Of a DNA stretch of 64,000 bases, positions 30,389 through 38,549 are shown in pieces. The DNA comes from a virus (lineage: Duplodnaviria > Caudoviricetes). The stretch lies in the IMG/VR virus record IMGVR_UViG_2974702911_000001, positions 1-64,000 of that record; one strand, written 5' to 3'. The notes beneath the pieces were generated by a model. The model was not told where the DNA came from, ran no database searches, and saw only the letters and a program-made list of their open reading frames with translations. The position numbers and the translations under genes are program-made. How positions within the stretch are numbered: position 1 is the stretch's first letter; each line of letters starts with the position of its first letter.

Positions 30389-30829
30389 TTACGTTCCCGA
30401 AAACGCGGGTTCGTCCTTTTTGGCGGTCGGCGCTTTTTTGGCCGGTGCGGCTTTCTTAGCCGGTTCCGGCTTGTCCTCGGACGTTGCGGCTTTCCATGCT
30501 CGCACGACCTCGGCGCTGACGCGACCCTTCTCCGCTACGTCCATGCCGTTTGCCTGTGCCCAGGCACGGATTTCCGCGAGCGGCAGACCCGGCTCTCCCC
30601 CGGAATGCGTGATCCGCGTACCGCTGCGCTTACGCGCCCGGCCTGTGCCGGTGCCGGTACGGGACGCAACTTCGGTCCACTTCGCCATGTCCGCGTCGAA
30701 CAGCTTCGCGTTCTTTTCGGACAGGTCCAGGTGGTACCCGACGTTGCCAACCGAGAACTCGCGCTCGGTCTCCGCGTCCAGGGTGTCGTCCAGGTCATCG
30801 AACAGTGTGACCGTTACGCGCTTACCCAT
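30389..30829 (-). CDS. lsr2: Lsr2-like nucleoid-associated protein
   Basis: MGKRVTVTLFDDLD, YHLDLSEKNA, EIRAWAQANG...KGRVS hallmark motifs; start refined to ATG 30829. Confidence 0.92.
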   Translation of the reverse strand: MGKRVTVTLFDDLDDTLDAETEREFSVGNVGYHLDLSEKNAKLFDADMAKWTEVASRTGTGTGRARKRSGTRITHSGGEPGLPLAEIRAWAQANGMDVAEKGRVSAEVVRAWKAATSEDKPEPAKKAAPAKKAPTAKKDEPAFSGT

Positions 30830-30913
30830 CTTTATCCCTTTCTCGGTTTCGTATCCCATCTTAGGTTGGGTACGTGGTGTGACCACTAAAGCACCCGGTT
30901 GCTAATCCGTCAA

Positions 30914-31297
30914 CTAGTGAAGTGGATTAGTTAGCGTTTGAGCGATGTAGAGCACCAGTAGCGTAAGGGCCACGAAGGCGACTGTACCCCCGATTAGCAG
31001 GGCGATCCTGTTAGGACGCTTACGGCGCGCGGGCGGCTTAAGACGAGGGCCGCGTTCCTCTAGCACTGGCGGGCGCGGGCGAGGCCGGGGCGCTGATAGC
31101 TGGCGCTCACGTTCAAGCAGGTAAGAGGGTGGAATGCCCATAACAGCTTTGCGGAACTCTTCGCGGTTCTTTGCGTAGCTCTGCACCATGCGTTCGTACT
31201 CGCGGCGCTGGCTCTGTGCGGCATTGATCATGGCTTGGCGCTCGCGCGTGATCTGCGCGTCAAGCTCCCGGAGGAAGTCGTCGGTGAACCTCGTCAT
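30914..31297 (-). CDS. coiled-coil protein with C-terminal TM helix
   Basis: Hydrophobic C-terminus; AAGGAG RBS. Confidence 0.6.
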   Translation of the reverse strand: MTRFTDDFLRELDAQITRERQAMINAAQSQRREYERMVQSYAKNREEFRKAVMGIPPSYLLERERQLSAPRPRPRPPVLEERGPRLKPPARRKRPNRIALLIGGTVAFVALTLLVLYIAQTLTNPLH

Positions 31298-31525
31298 CGC
31301 GCGCGCGTGTCTCCTTCCGCACTTAACAGAGCGTGTGTTTTTATCTTGCTTGTTTAACTACTCAAGGTGACGTTCCGTAGGTGGTTATCTCTTGTCGTTG
31401 CGAGAGTGGGGAACGGCACTAGCAGAGGGTCTTTTAAGAGCATCCTCGTTTTTTTGACTTTCTGAAATATTAGAAAACCCTAAGGGCCGGTTTGCGGTGC
31501 GTCGGCGCGTCCGCAGGTCCCGGAG

Positions 31526-31765
31526 CTATACCTATCCCTAGCTGCGGCGATGCCCCAGGCGGGGGTCCGTAAGTGATAGTTTTAGGTATAGCGACCGCGA
31601 AAAACGCTCTGACCTGCATGTTCTTAGGGTCACCAGAGGCTTAAAAGTCCCCACATAGGACCCCGCATAACCTGCTAGAATCTGTCAAATGCCCAGCTAA
31701 GCGCCTTAGCGTGCGCCTATGCGTGCCTATGCAGGCACACGCTAAGGTATAGCGCTCAGGTATAG
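31526..31765. promoter_or_regulatory. putative attP with integrase arm-type repeats
   Basis: AGGTATAG at 31584, 31745, 31758 (+) and 31526-31533 (-); GCCTATGC x2 at 31715 and 31725; directly upstream of the integrase. Confidence 0.65.
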
Positions 31766-31802
31766 TTGGGCCGGTTCCGGCACCGAGTGGAGGGGCAGAA
31801 AA

Positions 31803-33095
31803 GTGACAGACGACACAGAGAAAACCAAGAGACGCAACAGGGGCGACGGTGGCCTGTTCTGGTCCGAATCGCAGCAGTTGTGGGTGGCTCAAGTGTGGGT
31901 CAACGGACCGGACGGGAAGCCCAAGCAGATACGGCGCACGTCCAAGGTCAAGAGCGAGGCGCAAAAGAAACTCAACAAGCTCCGCGCGGACCTACTCAAC
32001 GGCAAGATTCAGACGGGTCCCAACAAGGCGCAGACCGTCGCGGAGCATCTGGACTACTGGCTGACCGTAAAGAAGCGCGAGAATCGACCTGGGGGCTACG
32101 AGAGCTATGCGGGAACGGCGCGGCTGTACCTCAAGCCGCACCTGGGGGACTACCGGCTAGACAAGCTGACGACCGCTCACGTCCGGACGATGCTGGCAGC
32201 GCTACAGGACGGCGGCTCCACGCGGAACGCCCAGAAGGCGTACCAGGCGCTTAACAACGCGCTTAAGCTCGCGGTAGACGAGCAGATGATTGAGCGCAAT
32301 CCCTGCGATCCAATCAAGATGCCCAAGCACGTCAAGAAACAGCGCGGCGCGTTTGAGACGAGCGCGGCGGTCCACGTCCTTAAGACGGCGGCGGCGCGGG
32401 ACGACGAGAACCACCCACGGCGACCTAAGCTCGCTAGTCGGTTCGTGGCCGCGTTCATGACCGGCGCGCGCCAGGCCGAGTGCTTAGGGCTGGAATGGGA
32501 TCGCGTTGACTTCGACAGGGGCTACTTGGATATCTCCTGGCAGCTACAGCGGCTTAAGTACGCGCACGGCTGCGGGACGAAATCGGACGGCTCGCCTAAG
32601 TGCGGTAAGCAGCGGGTTGGCTTCTGCCCGGACAAGAAAGAGGACTTCCCGCCCGGCTTTGAGCACCGGCACTGCCACCGGTCCCTGTTCTGGACGCGGC
32701 CTAAAACGTTAGCGGGGGAGCGGTTTATCCCAATGGCTCCGCTACTGCTTGAGAGCCTTAAGGTCCATAAGCGGATGGATAAGGACCCCAATCCGCACGG
32801 TCTGGTGTGGCATCACCGGGACGGTAGGCCGATCAGCCAAGAGGACGACAACCAGGAATGGAACATGCTTTTAGCGGCTGCCGGGATTGAGAAGGAATCG
32901 CGCGAGGTCGTGTTGCATGAAGCGCGGAATACGGCGGCGACGATGCTTCTAGAGAGCGGGGTTGACGCGAAGGTCATTCAGAGCATCTTGGGCCATGCGT
33001 CCATCTTGCAGACGCGGGAGTATCAGCGGGTGAGTCTGGAATTGAGTAAGAGCGCCGTCGCTAACGCGTTCGACGCTCTACTCCCGAAGGCTTAG
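31803..33095 (+). CDS. int: tyrosine integrase
   Basis: RNRGDGGL arm-binding N-terminus; TGARQAE (Arg), LHEARNTAAT (HxxR), LGH, Tyr near the C-terminus. Confidence 0.96.
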   Translation: MTDDTEKTKRRNRGDGGLFWSESQQLWVAQVWVNGPDGKPKQIRRTSKVKSEAQKKLNKLRADLLNGKIQTGPNKAQTVAEHLDYWLTVKKRENRPGGYESYAGTARLYLKPHLGDYRLDKLTTAHVRTMLAALQDGGSTRNAQKAYQALNNALKLAVDEQMIERNPCDPIKMPKHVKKQRGAFETSAAVHVLKTAAARDDENHPRRPKLASRFVAAFMTGARQAECLGLEWDRVDFDRGYLDISWQLQRLKYAHGCGTKSDGSPKCGKQRVGFCPDKKEDFPPGFEHRHCHRSLFWTRPKTLAGERFIPMAPLLLESLKVHKRMDKDPNPHGLVWHHRDGRPISQEDDNQEWNMLLAAAGIEKESREVVLHEARNTAATMLLESGVDAKVIQSILGHASILQTREYQRVSLELSKSAVANAFDALLPKA

Positions 33096-33883
33096 AAGGA
33101 TTCCAGTTGGTGCTTAGGCTGCTTACGCGCCTTAAGTACGTCGGCGTGAGTAGCCTTGCCCCTGCGGACCTTTTTCCACAGTCCGGTTTTCATGTGGCGC
33201 TGTTTAAGCTGCCATGAGATTGCAGAGGTAATCCCGAAGCCGCACGCGGCGAGCGCGGTCAGTCCCCACGCGTGGCGGTCGTAGTCGCTGTTGTAGGCAA
33301 CGCCCAAGATGCGCTGGGCACCGGCCAGTAGGGCTAGCGCGCAGCAAGTGAGGTAGGCGCGCATGATGCCGCGCGAGCGGGGGTCGGTCGTGTAAATGAT
33401 GACCAGGAGCCGCCCAATCTGGAAAATCCACCAGGCGAATGCTGCCGTTAGGAGTGCGTCAACTTCCCTGTCGTCGCACAGGGGCGAGTAGAACACACCG
33501 ATCAGGGTCGGGCTGATAATTGTTACGGGAAGCGTGATGTTGCGCGTGACCCATCGCATCCGCTCGTCGTCGTCGTAGTCGAGCCGGGACGCGAGCGCGT
33601 ACAGGAACGCGGCCATGCCCATAAGGATGAAGCCGTCACCGATGATCTGGGGGATAGGTAGAAGCTCGTCCACCAAGCCCAATTCCGGCCACACCTTCTC
33701 GCGTACGAAAGGCGATCCCATCGTTAGGCCGAAGGTGCAGCAGGCACCGCAGAACGTCGTCGCGGATTCCCACCGGCACCGCCAGGTAGCTCGTCTAGTC
33801 CATTGAATGTACGCCGAAGCCAGAAACACGCCGATGAGGATGAGGTTGTAGTACCGGAGGTCCAGGGGGACGTACGTGGACAT
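33092..33883 (-). CDS. multi-pass membrane protein downstream of repressor
   Basis: About 6-7 hydrophobic helices; start refined to MSTYVPL. Confidence 0.75.
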   Translation of the reverse strand: MSTYVPLDLRYYNLILIGVFLASAYIQWTRRATWRCRWESATTFCGACCTFGLTMGSPFVREKVWPELGLVDELLPIPQIIGDGFILMGMAAFLYALASRLDYDDDERMRWVTRNITLPVTIISPTLIGVFYSPLCDDREVDALLTAAFAWWIFQIGRLLVIIYTTDPRSRGIMRAYLTCCALALLAGAQRILGVAYNSDYDRHAWGLTALAACGFGITSAISWQLKQRHMKTGLWKKVRRGKATHADVLKARKQPKHQLESF

Positions 33884-34047
33884 ACGCAATGGGACTTTCT
33901 CGAACACGCCCGCCATGCCTAGACGGGCGCAATGTGGGAGGGGGACTGCACTGCTGTCGCTGTTCCGTGGCAAACCGTTACAGCGGGTGTACGCCTGGGA
34001 CACTAGTCCCAAATCTGGGAAAAGCGCAAGCGCGCCAACCTAACCCA

Positions 34048-34434
34048 TCACATTGGCGGGCTGTCGAGTCGTGCTCGGACCCGTCGCCGCCTACTGCGGA
34101 CCGCTCGGCGGGTCACTGTCGGAGGGTGGGGGAGGCCGTAGTCCTCGCCCTCGTCCTCCTCAACGTCAACGACGCCCGCGTTAGCGAGGTAGTCAACAAG
34201 TTCCTTCTGGTCTAGGTGGCCGAAGCGAACCAGTAGGTCCACCTTGTTAAGGCCGAACGCGTCGGCAATAAGCATGAGGTTAGGCACGCTGTTGAGCACC
34301 CCCTTGTCCCGCTGCTCGTAATAAGTCGAGCGGGACATGCCCAGCGCGCTTAGCGCCTCCTGCATACGCACCTGCCGTTTGAGCAGGTAGGACACGACGA
34401 CGATGAGGTCGTTGTCCTGATCATTGGCCGACAT
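34048..34434 (-). CDS. immunity repressor (HTH)
   Basis: QEALSALGMSRSTYY HTH; divergent from Cro-like gene; near integrase. Confidence 0.8.
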   Translation of the reverse strand: MSANDQDNDLIVVVSYLLKRQVRMQEALSALGMSRSTYYEQRDKGVLNSVPNLMLIADAFGLNKVDLLVRFGHLDQKELVDYLANAGVVDVEEDEGEDYGLPHPPTVTRRAVRSRRRRVRARLDSPPM

Positions 34435-34470
34435 GCCGCTCAGTGTGTCGGATTTTCCGGACACTTGCAA
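34435..34470 (-). promoter_or_regulatory. leftward leaderless repressor promoter with operator in its spacer
   Basis: Minus strand reads TTGCAA-17 bp-CACACT-7 nt-ATG; operator-like 18-mer at 34446-34463. Confidence 0.7.
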
Positions 34471-34511
34471 GCGCTCTGACCAGCGGAAGCAAACTGACAC
34501 GGATGTAATTT

Positions 34512-34529
34512 TGTCCGGATTTCCGGACA
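34512..34529. promoter_or_regulatory. palindromic operator TGTCCGGA-TT-TCCGGACA
   Basis: Perfect 8-bp inverted repeat; variants at 34446 and 52447. Confidence 0.8.
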
Positions 34530-34571
34530 CGTTTGACCCTGAGTCGGACTGGGTATGTTACGTTTCTTTCC

Positions 34572-34871
34572 GTGCCGATCACCCCTCCCAACACCGCAAA
34601 CCACAACATCGAATGGATTCCCCAGGCAGTCGAAAACCTGCTCCACAACCACGACATAATGACGCGCAACGAGCTTGCCAAAGTGCTCGGAGTCGCCAGG
34701 TCCACGGTCTACAGCGCATTTGCGGAGGACTGGACTGGTGAGCCGTCAATCAAGATGCTCGCCCAGATGACCGGATACTTCCGCGTACCTATCGGCTCGC
34801 TCGTCACGGAGCCTGGGCGTAAGGCCGCTAAGCGTGTGTCACGGCGTGTAAATGTCCGGATAAGCGCATGA
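34572..34871 (+). CDS. Cro-like HTH protein
   Basis: TRNELAKVLGVARSTVY HTH; extended -10 TGtTACGTT lies 7 nt before GTG 34572 (leaderless start inferred). Confidence 0.8.
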   Translation: MPITPPNTANHNIEWIPQAVENLLHNHDIMTRNELAKVLGVARSTVYSAFAEDWTGEPSIKMLAQMTGYFRVPIGSLVTEPGRKAAKRVSRRVNVRISA

Positions 34872-35083
34872 GCACGGCAACGCTGAGCGGTCCGGAAAAC
34901 CTGACACCCCTGATGGTGACCCGCCAGGACGCGGCCCGGCTCCTGGGCCTGAGCCTGCGCGAGGTCGATAACCTCCGCGCTTCCGGTCGCCTGATGGCTA
35001 AGAAGCACGGCTCCAAAGTTCTGTTCCCCCGCGCTGAGCTTGAGCGCTTCGTTAACGACCTGCCTTGGGAGATTGACCAGTGA
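34868..35083 (+). CDS. excisionase / RDF-like HTH protein
   Basis: LMVTRQDAARLLGLSLREV...GSKVLFPRAELERF (MerR-like wHTH). Confidence 0.8.
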   Translation: MSTATLSGPENLTPLMVTRQDAARLLGLSLREVDNLRASGRLMAKKHGSKVLFPRAELERFVNDLPWEIDQ

Positions 35084-35475
35084 CCGAACAGCCCGAACTT
35101 GAATACCCGTTTCACCTAACGCTGACCGAACCCGATAACGACTCCGCTAAGGCGCTTAAGGACGCGCTAGAGCTTCTACGAAAGGATGGATGGGGACGTG
35201 GAAAGTTTCACGATGAGTCCACAGGCAAGCGCGACTCTCTTGGGGCGCTCGGAGCGCCATTCGGGAACGTCCGACCAGAGGCAGTCGATTACCTCGCCTA
35301 CGCCGTGCGGATGCGTGACGGCGCTCCCCCTATCCCGGCAAGCATGGACCCGCAGCGGGTCGTCATCGCGTGGAACGACGGCTTCCGGCGCAAGTTCTCA
35401 GAAGTCGAGTCAGTGTTCAAGGCAGCTATTCGCTACGCAGAGGGTAAGGGCGTCTCAGTGCGACAGGGCCGTTAG
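35080..35475 (+). CDS. hypothetical protein
   Basis: Coupled GTGA start; VIAWND motif common in actinophage early genes. Confidence 0.6.
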   Translation: MTEQPELEYPFHLTLTEPDNDSAKALKDALELLRKDGWGRGKFHDESTGKRDSLGALGAPFGNVRPEAVDYLAYAVRMRDGAPPIPASMDPQRVVIAWNDGFRRKFSEVESVFKAAIRYAEGKGVSVRQGR

Positions 35476-35646
35476 GGACACGATTCTCTGCGCGTTCTCG
35501 CTTGCGGCTCTGATCCTCATTGGAGCCATCGTTCTCAATGCTTGGTTTGGAGGTTGGTTCTAATGGAGTCATGCGCTGTAATCAGCAGTCCTATTATTTC
35601 CGATAGGCGACTCTTCCCGTTATCCTATAAAGGTGAGGGTGAGGGG

Positions 35647-35970
35647 ATGAGAAAGTTCAAGGACGTGATCGCGGAAGCGCGAATGGTCGCAATGCTTAAC
35701 CCTCTTGGTCGCAATGAGAATGCGGCTTACACGGAGAGGGACGGAGAGCCATGCTGCATCTTCGGTCACGTTCTTGAACGCCTGGGAATCGGAATCGCGT
35801 CCTGGGAAGTGCTTAACAACTTCACGCTCGCTGAACTGCCTTGGGCCGACTTTGGCTTTGAGGAACCTAATGGCTACCAGATTCTTTGGACTACTAAGGT
35901 CCAAGCCGCTGCGGACAGCGGGGACGCATGGATCATCGCAATTGCGATGGCCGACGCAACCCTGATCTAA
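35647..35970 (+). CDS. hypothetical protein
   Basis: GAGGGG RBS; PCCIFGHVL motif. Confidence 0.6.
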   Translation: MRKFKDVIAEARMVAMLNPLGRNENAAYTERDGEPCCIFGHVLERLGIGIASWEVLNNFTLAELPWADFGFEEPNGYQILWTTKVQAAADSGDAWIIAIAMADATLI

Positions 35971-36209
35971 GCAGCACTTAGTAACAACCATACGTAGTTG
36001 ACCTCTACGAACTAACCCCGTTGCCGGGGAGCCTGTGAACATGTACCGGGCTGCTGAGTGGTTCGCCAGCAAGTAAGTCAACGTGAGTACGTAATCGCAC
36101 AAGCCGGGTGTATCGACGGCCAAGACAAATCTTGGACACCCGCTATGCCGCGAGAAGCCTAACTAAGGGTGGATTGGTATATGCGGAGGCAGAGACGGAT
36201 TGTGCGGGA

Positions 36210-36305
36210 GCGATGGGTAGCGGCTAGTGCCAGATCGGCGGCTACACGTCAGGGCGTAATGAGTAAGGACCCTGAGTCCGGGTGCAATCCCCGGTCATCG
36301 CACCA
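36210..36305 (+). ncRNA. tRNA-like RNA with acceptor stem, T-arm and encoded CCA but no canonical anticodon loop
   Basis: GCGATGG/TCATCGC-A-CCA; CCGGG-TGCAATC-CCCGG; TCAGGG/CCCTGA closes a 15-nt loop. Confidence 0.6.
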
Positions 36306-36449
36306 GGCCGGGGCGGTTGAGACGCACGGAACGACGGGCATCGTTCTTATGGGGCGCGGACGCGTAAGGGTGTGACGCTACGCAGCACCGCTGCTGCTCC
36401 CCCCCGGCCATTCTCTTAAGTCACCACAACCACAACGAAAGGGCACGCA

Positions 36450-36812
36450 ATGACGGGTGTTATCTATCTCGGTGAGCCGACCGGCCCACGACTGCGGAGC
36501 CTTAGCCTCGCTAAGACGCGTGAGCTTGACGCGTGGTTGACGCACGCAATTTCCTTCGGCGCGTCTAAGCACGATAAGGACTTGCCGGTGGATTACACGC
36601 GGGCGCTTAGCACCCTGGCGCAGCGCCGGGGCATCCGGTTCCACTTCAACGGGGACCGTATGCGCGTACCGGGTGAGGTCCCGCTGGGATCGAACATTCC
36701 GGGCTGCGTGGGTGGCTCTAAACGAAAGATCACCGTTACCGACGAACGCACGAACGCATCGAAACATGGACAGGCCGTCGAACCGTGGAATATGCGGGAT
36801 TGGCGGGAATAG
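36450..36812 (+). CDS. hypothetical protein
   Basis: GAAAGG RBS; 120-aa ORF. Confidence 0.55.
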   Translation: MTGVIYLGEPTGPRLRSLSLAKTRELDAWLTHAISFGASKHDKDLPVDYTRALSTLAQRRGIRFHFNGDRMRVPGEVPLGSNIPGCVGGSKRKITVTDERTNASKHGQAVEPWNMRDWRE

Positions 36813-36862
36813 TTGACACCTTCCGTACATGCCGTGTACGGTATCAATCAGTGGAGGTCCGA

Positions 36863-37024
36863 ATGGCCCAACTCTCCTGCGAACTGAATTGCGGGGCTAG
36901 CTACACCGAGGAATACCAGCTTCACCTTCACCACTACGCATCCGAAAAGGGCATCCTTCCCACCTGTGGTAAGGGCCGCGAGCGAAAGGCGCGCAATGCC
37001 GAGCGAGGAAATCAGGTCGCCTGA
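36863..37024 (+). CDS. small Cys/His-rich protein
   Basis: GGAGG RBS; C..C...H..H..C pattern. Confidence 0.5.
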   Translation: MAQLSCELNCGASYTEEYQLHLHHYASEKGILPTCGKGRERKARNAERGNQVA

Positions 37025-37805
37025 CAAGCTGATGCTTGCGGGGGACTGGCACGGTAACTTGCCGTGGGCGTTCAAGGCGCTGCACTACGCGAAGTCGGAA
37101 GGTGCGGACACGATTCTGCACCTGGGCGATTTCGGGTTCTGGCAGACCTCTAACCCCCGGACCGTGCAGTTCCTTAGCGAGGTCGATAAGGAGCTTAAGG
37201 CTCTTAACATCGACCTGCTTTGGGTTGACGGCAACCATGAGGATCACGCGTTCTGGAACACCTTCAACCGTCCGGGCGCGGAGCCGGTCACGCTCTCGTC
37301 TTGCTCCAACATCACGCACCTTCCGCGCGGTTACCGCTGGGAGTGGTGGGGCGATACGTGGATGGCGCTGGGAGGCGCGCATTCCATCAACTCGTATTAC
37401 TGCACGCCGGGTGAGGACTGGTGGCCGGGCGAGTGGATTGACGACGAACAGCTTGAGTACGCGATGCGTCCCGGCAAGGTGGACATAATCGTCGCTCACG
37501 ACGCGCCGACTAACGCGGACATTCCGGGGATCGTTCCCGGTAAGGCCGTTTACCTCCATATCGGGGGGATGAAGCGGCGCATGACGACCGGCGACATGTT
37601 CAAAGCTCAGGAACACCGGGAGCGTATTCAAGCCGTGTGCGATGCGGTTAAGCCGGTGGAGTTCTACCACGGCCATTACCACAAGGCGTACAACACCCTG
37701 GCTCGCGTTAAGGGCGGCTCCTACGTCAACGTGCGCGGGCTGGACAAAGACGAAACGACTATGGCAGCGAACACCCATTTCATCACGGAAGGTTTGAACG
37801 ACTAA
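36996..37805 (+). CDS. metallophosphoesterase (calcineurin-like)
   Basis: GDWHG, LGDFG, DGNHED, HDAP, HGHYH motifs. Confidence 0.92.
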   Translation: MPSEEIRSPDKLMLAGDWHGNLPWAFKALHYAKSEGADTILHLGDFGFWQTSNPRTVQFLSEVDKELKALNIDLLWVDGNHEDHAFWNTFNRPGAEPVTLSSCSNITHLPRGYRWEWWGDTWMALGGAHSINSYYCTPGEDWWPGEWIDDEQLEYAMRPGKVDIIVAHDAPTNADIPGIVPGKAVYLHIGGMKRRMTTGDMFKAQEHRERIQAVCDAVKPVEFYHGHYHKAYNTLARVKGGSYVNVRGLDKDETTMAANTHFITEGLND

Positions 37806-38023
37806 TGCTGGACACCGCAGAGCGTAAGGTCACCCGTCGTCCGGACGGTGACCTGACGATTGAGGGCACAAGCGTTTGGATGCCCGCTGACCCTAAGGCG
37901 CTTGCCCAGGAGCGCGCGGAGGTCATGCAGCGGCTCGCTGATCTGACGCGGGCTGAGTTGTTTCTTGCCACGACACCTAAGCCCACCTACATGTTCAAGG
38001 GGGATTACTACCGTGAGGGCTAG
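37805..38023 (+). CDS. hypothetical protein
   Basis: TAATG-coupled ORF. Confidence 0.55.
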   Translation: MLDTAERKVTRRPDGDLTIEGTSVWMPADPKALAQERAEVMQRLADLTRAELFLATTPKPTYMFKGDYYREG

Positions 38024-38549
38024 TGAGCGCCTAGAGCAGCGCAACGACATTCTGGAAGTCATCGCCCAGATAGATGACGACCTTAAGGGGCTTAGCGACG
38101 ATAAGTCTTTCCGGTCTGCCCAACAGGCGCGGGAAATGTTGGAAACGCGGCACGAACTGTCGCGCGAGTTGCAATCGCTCGGGTTCCAAGCACCTGAGCT
38201 TGACGAAAGGTTGCGGAACCGTGAGGGCAATCCTGGCTCTCGTCGTCCTCGCTTTGGTGGTGGCGGCGATCCTTCTCGTACTGGCGTCGTTGCGAAGCGC
38301 CGTATTGGCCCGGCGAGCGCGAGCTAAGGCGCTCACCGACAAGTACCCGCTTCTGGGCGTGCTTAAGGGCGCGGACCGTAGGCGCTACTTGGCTGAGCTA
38401 GTCGAGCGGGAGCAAGAAGAGTACGACGAGGATAAGCACGAACGCTTTGTGGATATCCTCAAGCGCACTAACCCATAACTGAATATCGCATCCGAAAAGG
38501 GACCCCTGAGGCTACGGCTTCGGGGGTCCTTTCCTATGAAAGGGAAAAG

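Noticed and set aside
36210-36305. tmRNA or tRNA-Sec/Pyl assignment
   Set aside because: No G3:U70 Ala identity or tag ORF, and no UCA/CUA 7-nt anticodon loop.
36306-36409. HDV-like (theta) ribozyme right after the tRNA-like CCA
   Set aside because: A P1-like stem exists, but no GG for P1.1 follows it and no recognisable L3 or J4/2 is present.
36937-38501. 15-bp exact repeat CGCATCCGAAAAGGG at 36937 and 38487
   Set aside because: Only two copies, one inside a coding sequence; no shared context to support a function.
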